Shown here one piece after another: positions 1-12,874 of a stretch of DNA of 64,000 nt. This stretch comes from Cyanophora paradoxa CCMP329. Its lineage: Eukaryota > Plantae > Glaucophyta. The notes below the pieces were generated by a model. The model saw only the letters and a list, made by a program, of their open reading frames with translations. It searched no databases and was not told the DNA's origin. The stretch is taken from the NCBI GenBank assembly GCA_004431415.1, contig QPMI01000647.1, positions 97,888 through 161,887 on the forward strand. Reading direction: 5' to 3'. Position numbers and translations under genes: made by a program. Each line of letters starts with the position of its first letter. Position 1 is the stretch's first letter.

Positions 1-3000
1 TCGGCGGCCGCCCGGCGGATGAGGCGGCCCGCGAAGGCCCGCTCCGCCGCCACGCACGCTGCGCGAGACGCCACAATTTAATATTATAATATATATTGAA
101 GGCTCGCCGCGAGGGCCTATGTCCTAAGCTAAGCTCATCATTCAGTCTAAGCTTTGGGCTCGAGCGAAATTAGAATCAAGCTTATATTTAATTTAGGCCT
201 CTTGAACATGTTTAGGCTGCGGGCGCAGGCCCGCTAACTGTGGGCGCGCACCGTCTCGGATGTCGCGGCCGGCGAGGCCCTCCGAGGCGGCCGCGAGGGC
301 CGCCAGGTCCCCCTCCGGCAGCTGCGCCGGCGAGAGCGAGAGGCTGATCACGATCACGAGCCACGCGCGCGGGCCGGGGGCAGTCGCAAGCTTAAGATTA
401 AGAGGAGAGGCGAGTAGAGGAGCAGTGTTCAATGCTAGCTCGCTGCGCGCTCTAGATCCGAGCACCGTCAATTTAAACGCGAACTCGAACCTGGCGGGCG
501 TAGGCGGCGAAGATGGCGGCGCGGGCGGCGGCGTCGGGCAGCCCGAAGTGAACGACCAGGTCGAAGCGGCTGCCGCGCGGTGCAAGGAATCAAATTAGCT
601 GAAGGTCTGCGATGTACTAGCTACAGATCGAACTGCGAAAAAGATGCTGATAATTTATTATAAAGGAGGAGATCGAAGCCGTCCGCGATCGTCACCTGAG
701 GCCTGGGGGCGCGGGCGGCTCGGGCTCACCTGAGGAGGGCGGCGTCGATGTCCCCCCGCCGGTTCGTGGCTCCCACCAGCACCACCCTGGGGGGAGGGGA
801 GGGGAGGGGGGGGGGAGGGGGAGAAAGGGGTAGGGGTAATCAGGAGGGGGGAGCGAGGGCGCTGGCGCTGGCGGAAATTAATTATAATGGCGGGGGGCCC
901 GCTCGCCGCCTGCGCTGCTGCGAGTCGCGATGGTCCGCAGGGGCGCCGGACCCTCCGGAGCCGCCGGCCGCGGGCGCCGCGCCGCCTTCGGACTCTGTTC
1001 GCGAAAGTAAGAAGTGTCGCCGCCGTCGCCGCCGTCGCCGTCGTCGTCAGCGGGCAGGAAATTCGATTTCGGAGCCGCAAATACAGAGTTCAAGGGTCCG
1101 CCGGGCCGGGGCTGGTGCACGTGGCTGGGGCCAAAGAAACGCACCGAACCCGTCGATGTGCCGCAGCAGAATCGACATGACGCGCGTAGAGGCCTCATGG
1201 ACGCCTGGGGGGGGTATAAGAGCATATCGGATGAGGGAGAGGGAAAGGGAGTTTAATCGGTACCCCGAACGGAGTCCCGCGAGGGGGCCAGCGCGTCGAC
1301 CTCGTCCACGAACAGCAGAACGCTCGGCGCCAGCTGCGCATGCCCCGGATCGCGGGGGTTACTGGATATCGATTGCGGGGGGCGCGGGGCGGGAGGGGGT
1401 ACACGCGCCTTTCGGCACAGGGAGAAGACGCGACTCAGTTCCCGCTCGCTCTCTCCGTACCTAAATGGGGTACGACTGTCAAGTAGCCTGACATCGATAC
1501 GGGAGGGGCCGCTGGGGGCCGGGGTACCACTTGCTGACGATGGATTCGAGCGGCAGGTACACCAGCGGCGCCTGTACATGTGCGGGTACGCAGAGGGCGG
1601 GGTACGTCGTAAATGGGACGTGAAAGGAAGCGATAAAGAGGGGTACAGGTGCCCGCACGTCGCACTGGGCCGCGAGGATGCGCGCGGTCGTCGTCTTGCC
1701 CGTCCCTGTACACGTGAGGCTTCAGATTCTTTAGATTGAGATTTAGATTGAGACTAGATTAGCAGATTTAGATTATTCAGCTTTAGATTTAGAACGAGCC
1801 GAGGGCGCCGCAGACCGGCGCGCGGTGCGGGGCAGCTATGACGCGTCATATTTCATTTATTTATGTATATGCCGCCTCGAACGGGGCGGGACGAGGCGGG
1901 GAGGGATTCGAGGGGGTGGAGATGTAAATATAAGAGAGGGGGTACCGGGTGGCCCCTCGAATAGGATGGCGCGGGGTACGCTGCGCTCCGGACGCTTGCG
2001 CGTGCCCTCCACGATCTGAAGGTGAATCAAATTAAAAGCGATGGGCCTCGACCAGAGCTCGAGGAGAGTGGGATATATATAGGCGCGGGGTACAGCGCAC
2101 GTCCTCGAAGACGGAGGGGTACCTGAACGACAGAACCACCGCGTCCTCTATCTCCTGGAGGGGCGGAGGTACCGGTGTGGGGCGCGCGGGGCTCGCGCGG
2201 GGTACGTGTATAAATCCGAAGTCGCGGACCTGCTTAACGCTCTCGTACCCGGCCAGGCAAGCCCAGTCCAGGCCTAGGCTCGCCGCGGGGGTAGAGGTGC
2301 TGCCGCCCCGGGCCCCCTCTGCCGCTTAAGGCGCCCGAAAGACCAGAAAACCACTTCAGTCATAATATTAAATATTGGGCCCGCGCGTCGAGTTGTGGAG
2401 GGGTACGCTTCACCGTCAGCCCCATCGCCTCGAGCTTTCTCTCCGCATCGACGGATTCGCTGTCCAGCCGAGCGCTAGCTATAGCCTCCTCGGAGCTCCG
2501 CGAGGGCGCGCCCGGACTCGAAGCGGGGCTTTCCCGCTCCTTCGCGATCACGATCGGAGCCTGCGAGCGAAGAAGCGTGCACGTCCCTGTTATCCCTGCG
2601 CTGCCAAGGGGGAACAGAGCCGAAGGGGGGTACGCCGCACGACTTTGGGGGACGGGACTTTTGGGGGCGGGACGATACTCTCTAGCGCCAATTGCAAATT
2701 CTCTGCGCACGGGCCCGAGTGAGGGCCGTCCGGGCTTGAAATCAAATGTTGTAATTTATAAGCCGCAGAGAATTCGGTCTCACCGATGGCGCCGTCCGGA
2801 TCGACTTTCTTTCCGAAGGCCCTGCCGATCAGATCCGCCGAGCTCGAGCTCCCGAGGCGACCGCGGCCCTAGAGAGGGCGGTTGGCGCAAATTTAATGTC
2901 AAATAAAAGGCCATGCGGGGGCGGGCCGGGGGCGGCTGGGCGGGCGCGCGCACACTCCCACGCCGTGGAGGGCGTCGTACATCGCCGTCACGAGGTCGAG

Positions 3001-4654
3001 CTCACGGGACCCCGCACGAGGCCGCCCCTCCGCCCCCTCCGGTTCCTCCCCTGGCCCCAATCAACCCACAAATGTCGGACCCCCCGTCCACCCCGACTAC
3101 CACCATGGCTTCGGCCCCCCCCTCGGCTTCGGCCACCGCGCCGGCTTCGGCCCCTCCCTTGGCTTCGGCCACTCCATCGGCCTCGGCCACCCCCCTGGCT
3201 TCGGCCATCCCTCCTACTCCGACCGACCCTTCCCGACCCCTTGCGACCCGCCTCGTCTCCGCACTCCCCGCTCTCTGCGCCGCCTGCCAGTGCCCACGCT
3301 CGCTCCACACTGCCGTCCCGGCACCTCTCCCCGCCCTGCCCCGCATCCGCTGCCCACCCCCTACCGCTGCCTCCGCACACTCCCTCTCCTTCCTCATATC
3401 TTCCTCCTACCACCTTCTTCACCTTGACAAAACAGGACACCGTTTAATCGGGGTCCTGGGGCGCAGGTGAGGAGGAGGGAGGCGGCTGAGTGAGGAGGAG
3501 GAGGGACGGCGGAGCGGCGGCACGGGAGGGCGGCGGACTGCGAGACATTTCACTTCCAGGGCTCATGAGGGATGGAGGAGTTGATCAAGGGGTGGGCGCG
3601 CGGGTCTGGTTACGGCTATCACCGAAAACCATGGCTCCCCCACTCAGGCGAACCTCCCATTGTTCTCTGCGCGCGCCTCGCGATCGCGATAGCGGCAAAT
3701 TTATAATTAAAGCTGGCGATCAGCAGTCCGATATATACGTGCTTATAATTAGATCGTATCTTTAATTTAGCTTCTCTGCCTCCATGCATATGGCCGCGCC
3801 AGCAGCAAAACGGGGCACTTGCGCACCAGTTCTCAGATAGACGGAGACGCTCTTGGAGCCGGCCGTACGCACTCTGATCCAGAGGGCGAGCTCGCGGGCG
3901 CCTCTGCCGCCGCCGCCCCAGCCGCCCCCACCGCCGAACTTGAGTTTGACGCTCGACTCTGTGATGCTTGCTGTCCAGCCTGCGCAGCGTGGCGCAGGTT
4001 TGCATTTGATCATGAGATATATATGTATCGATCTATAGCTAGATCTAGATCTCGAGTTGAACGCTGCGGCGCGAGCTCGTGCACGCACCGCCAATTGCGG
4101 CGCCGATCTGGCTCGCGGACAGCGCCAACTCAGCGAGGAACCGTGGGACATCCGCCTCGCGCATGTCGATATCCCCATAATTAAGTGAGCAATCGCAAAG
4201 GAAGTGGACGGTGGCGACGCTCCCCCCGAAGCTGCTGGACTCCACTCCAGCGTCGATTGAGGTGGCCTTTCCTGCACAGGTGCACATGCGCGAGCGCGCG
4301 CGCGTCAGTCGAGCGGCATGCGCAAGCGGAGCTCTAGATCTAGATCTACGCACCTCTTTTGGCGGCGACGGCGTCCGCGTGCTGCTTGAGCCTGCGCTTC
4401 ACCTCCGCGATCGAGAGCTCGCGATCCGACTCGGCGTCATCGGCGGCAGCTTCCGCCGCACACGTCTCGAAGAGCAGGAGCGCCGAGCCGGCTGCGGCGA
4501 GCAGGAGCGCCGAACCGGCTCCCAGGGTCGACGTCTGCGGACGCGCCCCGCCGCGCCGCCACTCTCTCCTGTATACGTAGGACACGGGAGTGGCCGCGCA
4601 CGCGCGCAAGGCTGCGGGCGGATGACGGAGGCGCCTGATTGCCCGGGCGAGCAT
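1..4654 (-). CDS. AAA+ ATPase similar to the plant At4g04180-type family; multi-exon, probable mitochondrial targeting peptide, 3' end beyond the window edge
   Basis: Minus-strand exons: LDWACLAGYESVKQ (~2230-2275), IVEGTRKRPERSVPRAILFEGPPG/TGKTTTARILA (Walker A, ~1945-2018 plus ~1665-1707), YGESERELSRVF, LLFVDEVDALAPSRD (Walker B, ~1275-1335), HEASTRVMSILLRHIDG, VVLVGATNRRGDIDAALL, SRFDLVVHFGLPD, LAAASEGLAGRDIRD, CVAAERAFAGRLIRR (1-60). The N-terminus (MLARAIRRLRH..., ATG 4654) is inferred and less certain than the ATPase core. Confidence 0.85.
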
Positions 4655-4970
4655 CAGCGCGAGTACTAGTTTGCACCGGTACCCCTCCTGGAACTGCATT
4701 CCAACTGCGCCGGGCCGGCCGCTGCGGCGCTGCAGCTGGGCTCGGATATCGATCCGGATCCCGGAGGCTATGGCCCATGGGAGAGCTCCGGGAGGCTAGG
4801 GGATCCGGAGGCTTTTTTCTAAATAAATTGCGCTCGCAAGCCCCAGCTGCAGGCTGCAGCTCGAGGCATCAGCTGCAGCCGATTCAGCGCTAGCTAGCAG
4901 CTTGGAAGGCGAGACGTTTTCGGACAATTCGCTCTCGCATGCACTTGCGACCGGAGCCGGGCCAGGGCCG

Positions 4971-5420
4971 GCATAGTGGAATTCGAAGAACACGCGACTT
5001 TTTCGAAAAGCGAGGAAGCTAATGAAGACCGGACTCAGGGAGACAGGGAGAGAGGGCGGGGGAGGCCGGGGCCGGCGCCGGGCGCTCAGTCGGGGCCGCG
5101 GAGGGCGTACACGAGGTCGCCCGCGCCGCCCTCCGGCCCCCGCTCAGCGGAGCTCGAAGACGTCCTAAGAGAGTAGAAGGCCGCCACTCCGCCCAGGTAC
5201 TAGTAGCAGGGCCACTCCCCGTAGGGCCTCGACCCTTGTCTCCGCTCAGTCGGGGCCGCGGAGGCCGTAGACGAGCATAGTGGAATTCGAAGAACACGCG
5301 AATTTTTCGAAAAGCGAGGAAGCTAATGAAGACCGGAGACAGGGAGAGAGGGCGGGGGAAGCCGGGGCCGGGCCCCGGGCGCTCAGTCGGGGCCGCGGAG
5401 GGCGTAGACGAGATCGCCCG
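4971..5420. repeat. Local tandem duplication of the channel stop-codon region and its 3' flank (about 305 bp spacing)
   Basis: catagtggaattcgaagaacacgcg...gaagaccgga...gagagagggcggggga occurs at 4971 and 5276. ctcagtcggggccgcggag (the end of LVYxLRGPD*) occurs at ~5083, ~5244 and ~5382. Confidence 0.85.
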
Positions 5421-6079
5421 CGCGGAGCGCCGTGCGCCCCGCCGGGTTGCAGAAGACGAACCGCGCCTCGTCCCGCACCTAGGAGGGCGGCCGCGAGGTG
5501 AGGGGGGTACCGTCGAAAGGGGGGGTGTGTGGAGGGGAGCTCTTCGATGGAAACGGAAGGGGGGTCCCTAGAAGGAAGCGTACGGCTCGCCGGGAGGGGC
5601 TGGCGGGCCCGCGCGTTCAATTCAAAGGTGGCCCCCCCCCGGGTCTCGCGATCGCCTACCCCAGCGCCCTAAGCTCAAGGCCAGACACAAGGCCCGCGGC
5701 GCTCTCAGTGTATCTCTGACTTAGATCCGCTCAGGCTCAAGGCTCAGTTAGACTTCGGCTAAAGTTGGACTCAGGCTAAAGCCCCGCGGCGGTCTAGAAC
5801 AGTGCAGGGCCGGGCGGGAGCAGGGCACCGAGAAGCCGCCGCCGGCGCCGCCGGAGCCGACGGCGGGCCCCCGGCGCATGGCGGAGCGGTAGAGGCCGAG
5901 CGGGAGGAGGCCGCTGGCCAGCAGCTCGAGAAAGAGGTCCTCGTAGGGGGCGCCCTGCGCGGGTCGAACCTCAGATCGATGCGGGGGGGATGCAGGGCGG
6001 AGGGCAATCTCGGATAGGAAGCAGCTTAAGTACGAAAGTACGAGGATTGGGGATGGATTGAATTTAGAGCGGGGGCGTG

Positions 6080-6112
<33 letters not shown>

Positions 6113-9100
6113 CGTGGGGGTGGACCATGAGGCGGGCGGGTACGCGGTAGAGTGCGATGGAGGGCGGGCCGGACGGGCGGTGCTCCCCAGCGTCCAGCAG
6201 CCTCTCCACGATCCGCACCACGTTGTACCTTAACATTAAGGTTTGAATTAGTTAGGGCGCAAGGTGGTTTCAAATTAAAAAGCACCCGAGAAAGTAGGCC
6301 TGGCATAGGATGGACTCGAGGAAGTTGCGGCAGAGGGCGGCGCCGGTGGCGAAGGCGGGGCGCATGCGCGCGTTCCCCGCCACTGCCTCCGCCACCAGCG
6401 AGCCGCCCATCACCTGCGCGGGCGGGGGCGGGGGCGGGGGGGTGTTCGTAAGTGGTTGGAGAGGAGAGGATTGGGAGCCGGGTCCCTTGCAGGCGCGGGA
6501 ACGGTAGGAGCAGGGGCGGGTGCCGGGGGGATATCCTCAGGAGCGCCCCCTATCATCTAGATCCCTTACCATCTAGATCCCCTATCGTTGCTAGATCGCC
6601 TCATCGCCTCAAAATAAGGGATTAAAATAGATAGCTCTAGGGGATCTAGGAATAGATAAATCTACGGGATCTGAATCTAGATCTAGATCTAGATAGATAG
6701 CCGCCGGCACCTCGGCGTCGGCGGGGGCGAGGGCCGGGGGCTTCCTCAGGAGCGCGCGGTCGGATCTCGATCCCCTCCTAGATTTCTTCCCATCTACGCC
6801 AGATCCCTTAGGCACCTCGGTGTCGGCGGGGGTGAGGGCGGGCGGCATGCGGAGGAGCGTCCGGTCTGAGACGAGCTCGACGAGGACGCGGGCGGGGTCC
6901 GGCAGCGACGCCGAGGCGATCAGGTACGAGAGCACGGCCTGGCTCTCCGGCGCCTGCAGCGACGCCTGCCCGCGGGTTCAGAGGGGGGGGGGGGGGAGGG
7001 GTGGGGGGGGGGGTGGAGGTGGGGGTGGGTGGGCAAGGTGGGTGGGTGGGTGGGGTCTTAGACGCTTTGCTTTGTTTGGAAAGAGAAGATACTCCAGAGA
7101 GAGACCGAGGCGGGGCTAGCGCTCTCGAATCGAATCGAGTCGATATATGCCTCCGGCGGATTCACTCTTGAGAGTTCTCCGAGCGTCCCGCGAGGGGCTT
7201 AGCGGCCTGGCCTAGAGACGCTTTGCTTTGTTTGGAATGAGAAGATACTCCAGAGGGAGACCGAGGCGGGGCTAGCGCTCTCGCGAGAGGCTGGAAGAAA
7301 GTCTGCCGCGCTGCGCTGCGCTGCGCTGCGCCGTGCTGCGCCGAGGCGACGACGGAGGGGCGGGGCAGGCTCCGTATCCGAGACGCTCTGGTTTGGAGAG
7401 GGAAGGCCTAGAGGACACGAGCTAAGAGGAGGGGCGGGCGGGCGGACCTCGACGGCTGCGACGGCGTTCGCGTCCGTCGCGGTGGATCGGACAAGGACAG
7501 CGGCGGCGCGGGCGCCGCCGGCCCGTAGCAAGTCGTCGCCGCGCGTGCCCGAGCCCTCCACGTACCTGAAAGGATCTTCGTCAGCGACAACAACATGTAC
7601 ACCCACAAGGAGTTTCAGTGGATAGGCTCTGTTTCTTCATCTCTCCGGCAGATAAACTCAAGGGCCGGGCGGGAGCTCCGCGACGTACCATAGCGCCCGG
7701 TCTGCCCGCATCAGCCGCAGGACCGAAGCCGAGGGCGGGCCCTTCGCCAGCACCTGAGGCGGGGCAGAGGCTCAGAAGCGAGAAAGGGATGAGGAGGGGG
7801 AGGGTGGGTACCGCAACCACGCGGCCCTTCTCCCGCCTCATGCTCCTGAGAAGCCTCCGGAGGCCGCTGCGGCGGAGTCGGACGGCGAGGTTGGGGGGAA
7901 GAGAAGGGACCTGGGGTACCGGAGTCTGCCCGTGACCAAGAAGTGGTCGCGGATGAACGACGGCAGCTCCCCGTTGGGCCTGAGGAGGGTACGCTCCTCG
8001 GTGGTACGCTCCTTCTCCGCTTCGTCTTGCTCCTCCTTCTCCAGTCCAAAGGGGTGGTACGGCTCCCAGTCGCCCAGCGCCGCCGCCGCCGCCTCGGGGC
8101 CCACCGCCACCTGCAGGCGTACCCCCGCCAGCTCCGTCCCCCCCTCCGACCGCCCGTTTGCGTGCCCGTTCGCCTGCGCGTCCGAGGCCGCCACAGCCGA
8201 ACCGACGGTACCCCCCGCGAAGATCTCCCCCGTAGGCGATGCCGCCGCTTGCCTCGGGTCCTCCTCTGCGGGGGGTACGCCGCTCAGTGGCGACCCGAAT
8301 ACAGGCAACGCGAACGCGTCGCGGACCGCGGAGGGAGCGGCGGCGGTTGAGGGCGCGCAGGCGAGCTGTGAGCGGGCGGGAGGGCGGCGTGAGGGGCGGA
8401 CGAGCAAGCAAGGCGAGAAAGCAGGGTGGAAAGCAGGGCGCGCCTACGCCCGAGGACACGAAGGCGTTCTTGGTGCCGTGGAGCGATTCCTCCGCAGTAG
8501 CATCGGAGAGACGCTGCGCCGCCGCCTCCGACGTTGCTGCGCCGAAAACCGGGCGGCTCAGCTGAGCCGAGGGGCACGTCATCGCTGCGGCGAAAGCGTT
8601 CGGCGCGCACCGATGACGTAGGCGGCGTCACCAGCGGAGACGACTTGGCGGCTGGGCCCGACGTGGATCGGAATCTCCACTCCCGCCCGCGCCGCGGCGA
8701 TGCCGGCGCGGATGCTCTCCTGGTTGGGCCCGAACGAGCAGGAGCGCCGGGCGGCGAGGTTGGCCCCGGATCCCGAGCGTGGCACGCGGTCGTAGAGCGT
8801 GTTCTCGAAGGAGCTCCGGCCCCGATCCGACGAGGCGCGCCGGCGGAAGTCCATGGAGGAGCGCCCGGCCCCGGGCGAGCCCGGATCCATGTGGATGGAT
8901 GCCTGCACGGCCAGCAACAGCACACCGAACTCCACATGCGCTTTCTGCGGGCCGGGCCGAGATGAGGGGGGTAGAGGGGGAAGAAGCGCGGGGCACGGCG
9001 CGCCGCACCGCCGCGGCCTCGATGACGGTGTACCCTTCGAAAGCCGAGCCCAGGGGTACGCAGTAGATTGATTGGGCGTACCCGTAGTCGTACTCGGCGA

Positions 9101-12100
9101 TCCAGGATTCGTTGTACGGGGGCGCCTCCTCCCAGGGCCCGTCCCAGTCGCCCCCCTTGCGCTGCGGAGGGGTACGGCGATCAGAGAGGACGGGGGAGGA
9201 ACCGCGCGGGGGGTACAGCGCACGGAAGCGTCCTCGAAGAGGGCGCGGACGGCGGGGGGGAAGGCGCGGCGGGGGGAGAAGGCGGGGGCGTGCGGGGGCA
9301 TGCGGCCGTGGACGCAGAGGATGTTGAGGATGAGGGTGGAGAGGCCGCGGCAGGAGAGGGAGCGCGCGAGGAGCGAGGCGTGCAGGTGCCTCGTGGACAG
9401 CGCGAGCGAGGCGACTTCTCGGACGAGGGGGGTAAGGGATTCCCGCCGGAGGAGGCAGAGCATGACGGGCAGCTCGGCCGACTCCTCCCGCAGCGCTAGG
9501 GCACGCATGATGTTGCCCCCGTCCTCGTCCGCCGCCGAGGGCGCCCAATCGTCCGCCAGCAGAACCACTGCGCCGAAACCGGTGGACCAGGGGAGGGAGG
9601 GAGGGGGGGCGCAGCCAGGGGGTACAGTGCGGACCGGACTCTGCGTGGGATACTTTGGCGCGGCCGCGGTCTTGCCGGGATAGAATGGATCCGCGGAGGT
9701 AGACGAGGAGCGAGGCGTAGCGTGCGGACTGGACCAGCGCCTTAAGCTTAGGCTCCGGATCTGCGGGGCGGAGGATGACGACCACACGGCGGTCCACGCC
9801 GTGCGCCTGCGGGGGTACAGCGTTTAGAGAGGAGGGGGGGAACGAAGACGAAGACAGGGGGTACGCGCCGCGGTGAAGAACTCGTTGAGGAAGGAGAGGA
9901 TGACGTCCGCCGAGGCCGAGCCTGGGGGTACCGGGTTGACGTTTGGGGAGGAAGGGGTGGGGGAGGGCTTGGATAGTAGCCGCCTCACCGCCGAGGACGA
10001 TGAAGGGGGTACGGGAGAGGGCGTAAGAACCGCCGTACCCTGCGGTCGGGCTCGCAGGGTGCGGGAGAGGGTGGAGGGGACGGCGGGAGGGGGGTACGGG
10101 ATTCTTCTCGCATCGCGGCGAGGACGCGGGAAGTCTGCGCCGGAATGACGAGCAGCCCGACCACCTGGGGGTACGTGAGGGGCGGGAAAGGGTACGGGAG
10201 CGGCGCGAGAGGGGTACGTACGATGAGAACGACGACGAGGAGGCGCGCGTCCGCGACAGGCGCCACGTCGCTGAGAAAAGAAGGGTTGGCGGGGGATGGG
10301 AAGGGCCGGGGGAGGGCCCTAGCACCCGTATCCGAGGGTTGCGATCGTCACGACAACAACTGAAAGGCAGTGCGTCAGATCTAGACAGAGGGAGGGCGTG
10401 TTGTACCCGGGACGATACTGGAGGGAGGGGTGCACGGTACGCACAGTACACAAAGTCGTGGAACCGGAGAAGCTCGTGGTCCTCTGCGGGCGGAGCGGGG
10501 CAGGGCGGGGCAGGCCCGAACGGTTCACTCAGTTCAAGAACTAAAGAGAAGAAGGAAGACGGGCGGTGCTCGCGTTTTGCGTTGTCGAAAAAGACCGAGC
10601 CGGGCTCGGAGTTGGACGCCCAGAACTCCAGGATACCTGCGCCGAAAAGGGCGTATATACTGAGAAAGCCGAAAGGCGAGACAGCGCGAGGGAACCTCCA
10701 AGCGGCTGTCTTTGGACCGGCAGGGAGAAGGGGACAAGAGCCTTAAGGGAGTGGGGATGACGGGGGCTATCGGCGATCGATCTTATCGATTTATCTATGA
10801 CCGCTCTGGGCAGCGGGTACAGAGAAGCGCCGGCAAACGGTTCATATTCCTTCCACCCGCTGGCTTCGGGCGGGGTATAGGAGGATGGCCGGGGGGCAGG
10901 GGTACAACGCACCGGCGGAGACGAAGACGAGGGCTATGATGGAGATGACCATGGAGAGGACGGAGCGCGCCACGTCCCGCATCCCCAGAGAGAGCGTCTG
11001 CCGCGGCGGGGCGGGGCGTGAGGGGGCGGTGGAGGAAGGGGCGGGGCGGGGCAGGACGAGACGGGTAAAGCTGAGGAGGGGCGGGCAGGCGGGCGCTGCT
11101 CTAACAAGACGGTAAGCAGGGGGGACGGGAGTAGAGAAGGGGGGGGGGGGGGGGGGGGGGGGCGCGGCTGCGGGGGAAGCAAGAGGGGCTATTTCAAACA
11201 AGGCCGAAGGAAGGGAGGGAGAGGGAACCGCGAAGAGGCGGGGAGGGAGGGAGCCGGGGGGGGGGGGGGGGGGGGGGAGGGGCGGTCGAGGAGGGGCAGG
11301 CTGCAAAGCCATGCTAAAGCCATGCTACAGCAGAGAGAAAAAGCGAATGCAGGGCTCGAAATGTCGACAAGGAAGGAGGTCAGGGGGCGGGAGGGGGGGC
11401 AGGGAGACGGGGGGGCGGGGTCCGACCCCCGCAGACGGGGGTATAGAGCGAATGGGGCGCCTAGCGAGGGCCAAAGAGAGGGAAGGGCGAGGGGAGGGGT
11501 ACCGACCTGGACGGACGTGACGATCCGCACCGCGCGGAAGACCAGGAAGACGGAGACGTAGTACCCTTCCCTGCGCGAATCGGGAGGAAATCGGCTGGAA
11601 TTGAGGGGCTCTGGGAGCGGGGCCGGGGGCGGGGTGTTCGGGGAGAGAAGAGGAGAAGGGGGACCGGGGAGAGGGAAGGGGGAGGGGGGGCCAAAGGGGG
11701 GGGGGGGGGGGGTGGAGCTGGGCGGGAGCTGCGGACCGCACGCCGGAGAACTGGAGGATGAGGCCAACCATGGGGAGGACGCCTGCAGGGGGTATGAAGC
11801 TCGCAGGGGGGGCAAAGGGGGCGTACGGCACCTGCGAAGAAGTCGGCAATGCCGATGGGGCTGATTACGTAGCGGATGCGCTCTTCAGCGATCACGAAGA
11901 CGCGAACGAAGAATTCAAGGCAGAAGAAGACGGAGAAGAAGACCTCCGAGACAAACAGGCCGCCCCCGGAGTCTGCGGCGCGGGGCGTCGATTTGGGCGG
12001 CCGGCGGGCAGCGCGGCGGGCGGGGCACGGGCGCCGGGGCGCGCACCGGACGTGTAGGTTCGGATGATGTAAAATGCGCACGAGAGCGTTCCGAGCAGAA

Positions 12101-12556
12101 CAGAAAGCCAGTCGTGGATGTTCAGTCTGCGGTCGGCGCGTGTGAGAGTGGGCGCGGCAACGAGGACGCCGTAGCGCTCTAAAGTCGACTGTGCCCCACG
12201 GAGCTTCAAATTGATCAGGCAGGGCTCTCGAAGTTAACGACCCCCGCAAGGCGGCGGCCAACGCTCGTTTAGCTAAGCGAGTGTTCGAGGGGCGGGGTTA
12301 CACGCGCGAGAGACGCCTGTCATACTTAAGCAGGTTGTTACTGAGGGCACGCGTGCAGAGACAGGAAGCGCGGGCGGCACATTGGAGGCCCGATCTTTCA
12401 AGAAAGCTGGTTGCGTACGTGCGCAGCGCACCGATTGGAAAGGAAGAGCAGGATGAAGAGCCTCTGGACAAAACCGAGCTTTCGCTTGATCGCCTTGCCA
12501 CCGGAGCCCGGGGCCGAGCTCCCGAACCCCGGAGAGGCAAGCGCCGTGCGGGCCAT
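5383..12556 (-). CDS. Slo/BK-family potassium channel (transmembrane core plus two RCK domains), many exons
   Basis: S2-S3 EVFFSVFFCLEFFVRVF...SPIGIADFF; S4 VFLVFRAVRIV; pore FHDFVY/VVVTIATLGYG|D (~10270-10470); S6 VVGLLVIPAQTSRV; RCK1 ILSFLNEFF, LVYLRGSILSRQDRGRAKV, DGGNIMRALAL, EYDYGYAQSIY; RCK2 IRDHFLVTG, YVEGSGTRGDDLLRAG, RVLVELV, RPAFATGAAL...LESILCQ, YEDLFLELLASGLLPLGLYR; C-terminus RFVFCNPAGRTALRAGDLVYALRGPD* (stop 5383-5385). Confidence 0.9.
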
Positions 12557-12874
12557 TCTGATCTTTGGTCGGGCGCCGACTGCTGTGCAAGACAAGGACT
12601 ACTGCTCACTGGCAGCTGCGCGCACAGCTCATGAGCTATGACCGGCAGCCGATCGACTGCCGATCCACTCGCGACTGCTCAGGAATGCTGTGCTTTCTTG
12701 CTACCGAAGTGGTTTTCGCATCTCCTCGAAGGCGCGGCTGGCTGGGCGAAGCGCAGGTTGCTCTCGTCGGGGGTACAGAGCTTCCAGCACACGCCAGGCG
12801 AGTCTGAGGCGACCCCGCAGTCCGCAGCAGACGAGCCCGCAACCCCAGAGCCCGCAAATCGCAGCAGGCGCGTT
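12557..12874. promoter_or_regulatory. Probable bidirectional promoter region between the channel (-) and the NWD-like gene (+)
   Basis: The inferred start codons at 12556 (-) and 12875 (+) face away from each other, about 320 bp apart. This is positional inference only. Confidence 0.4.
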
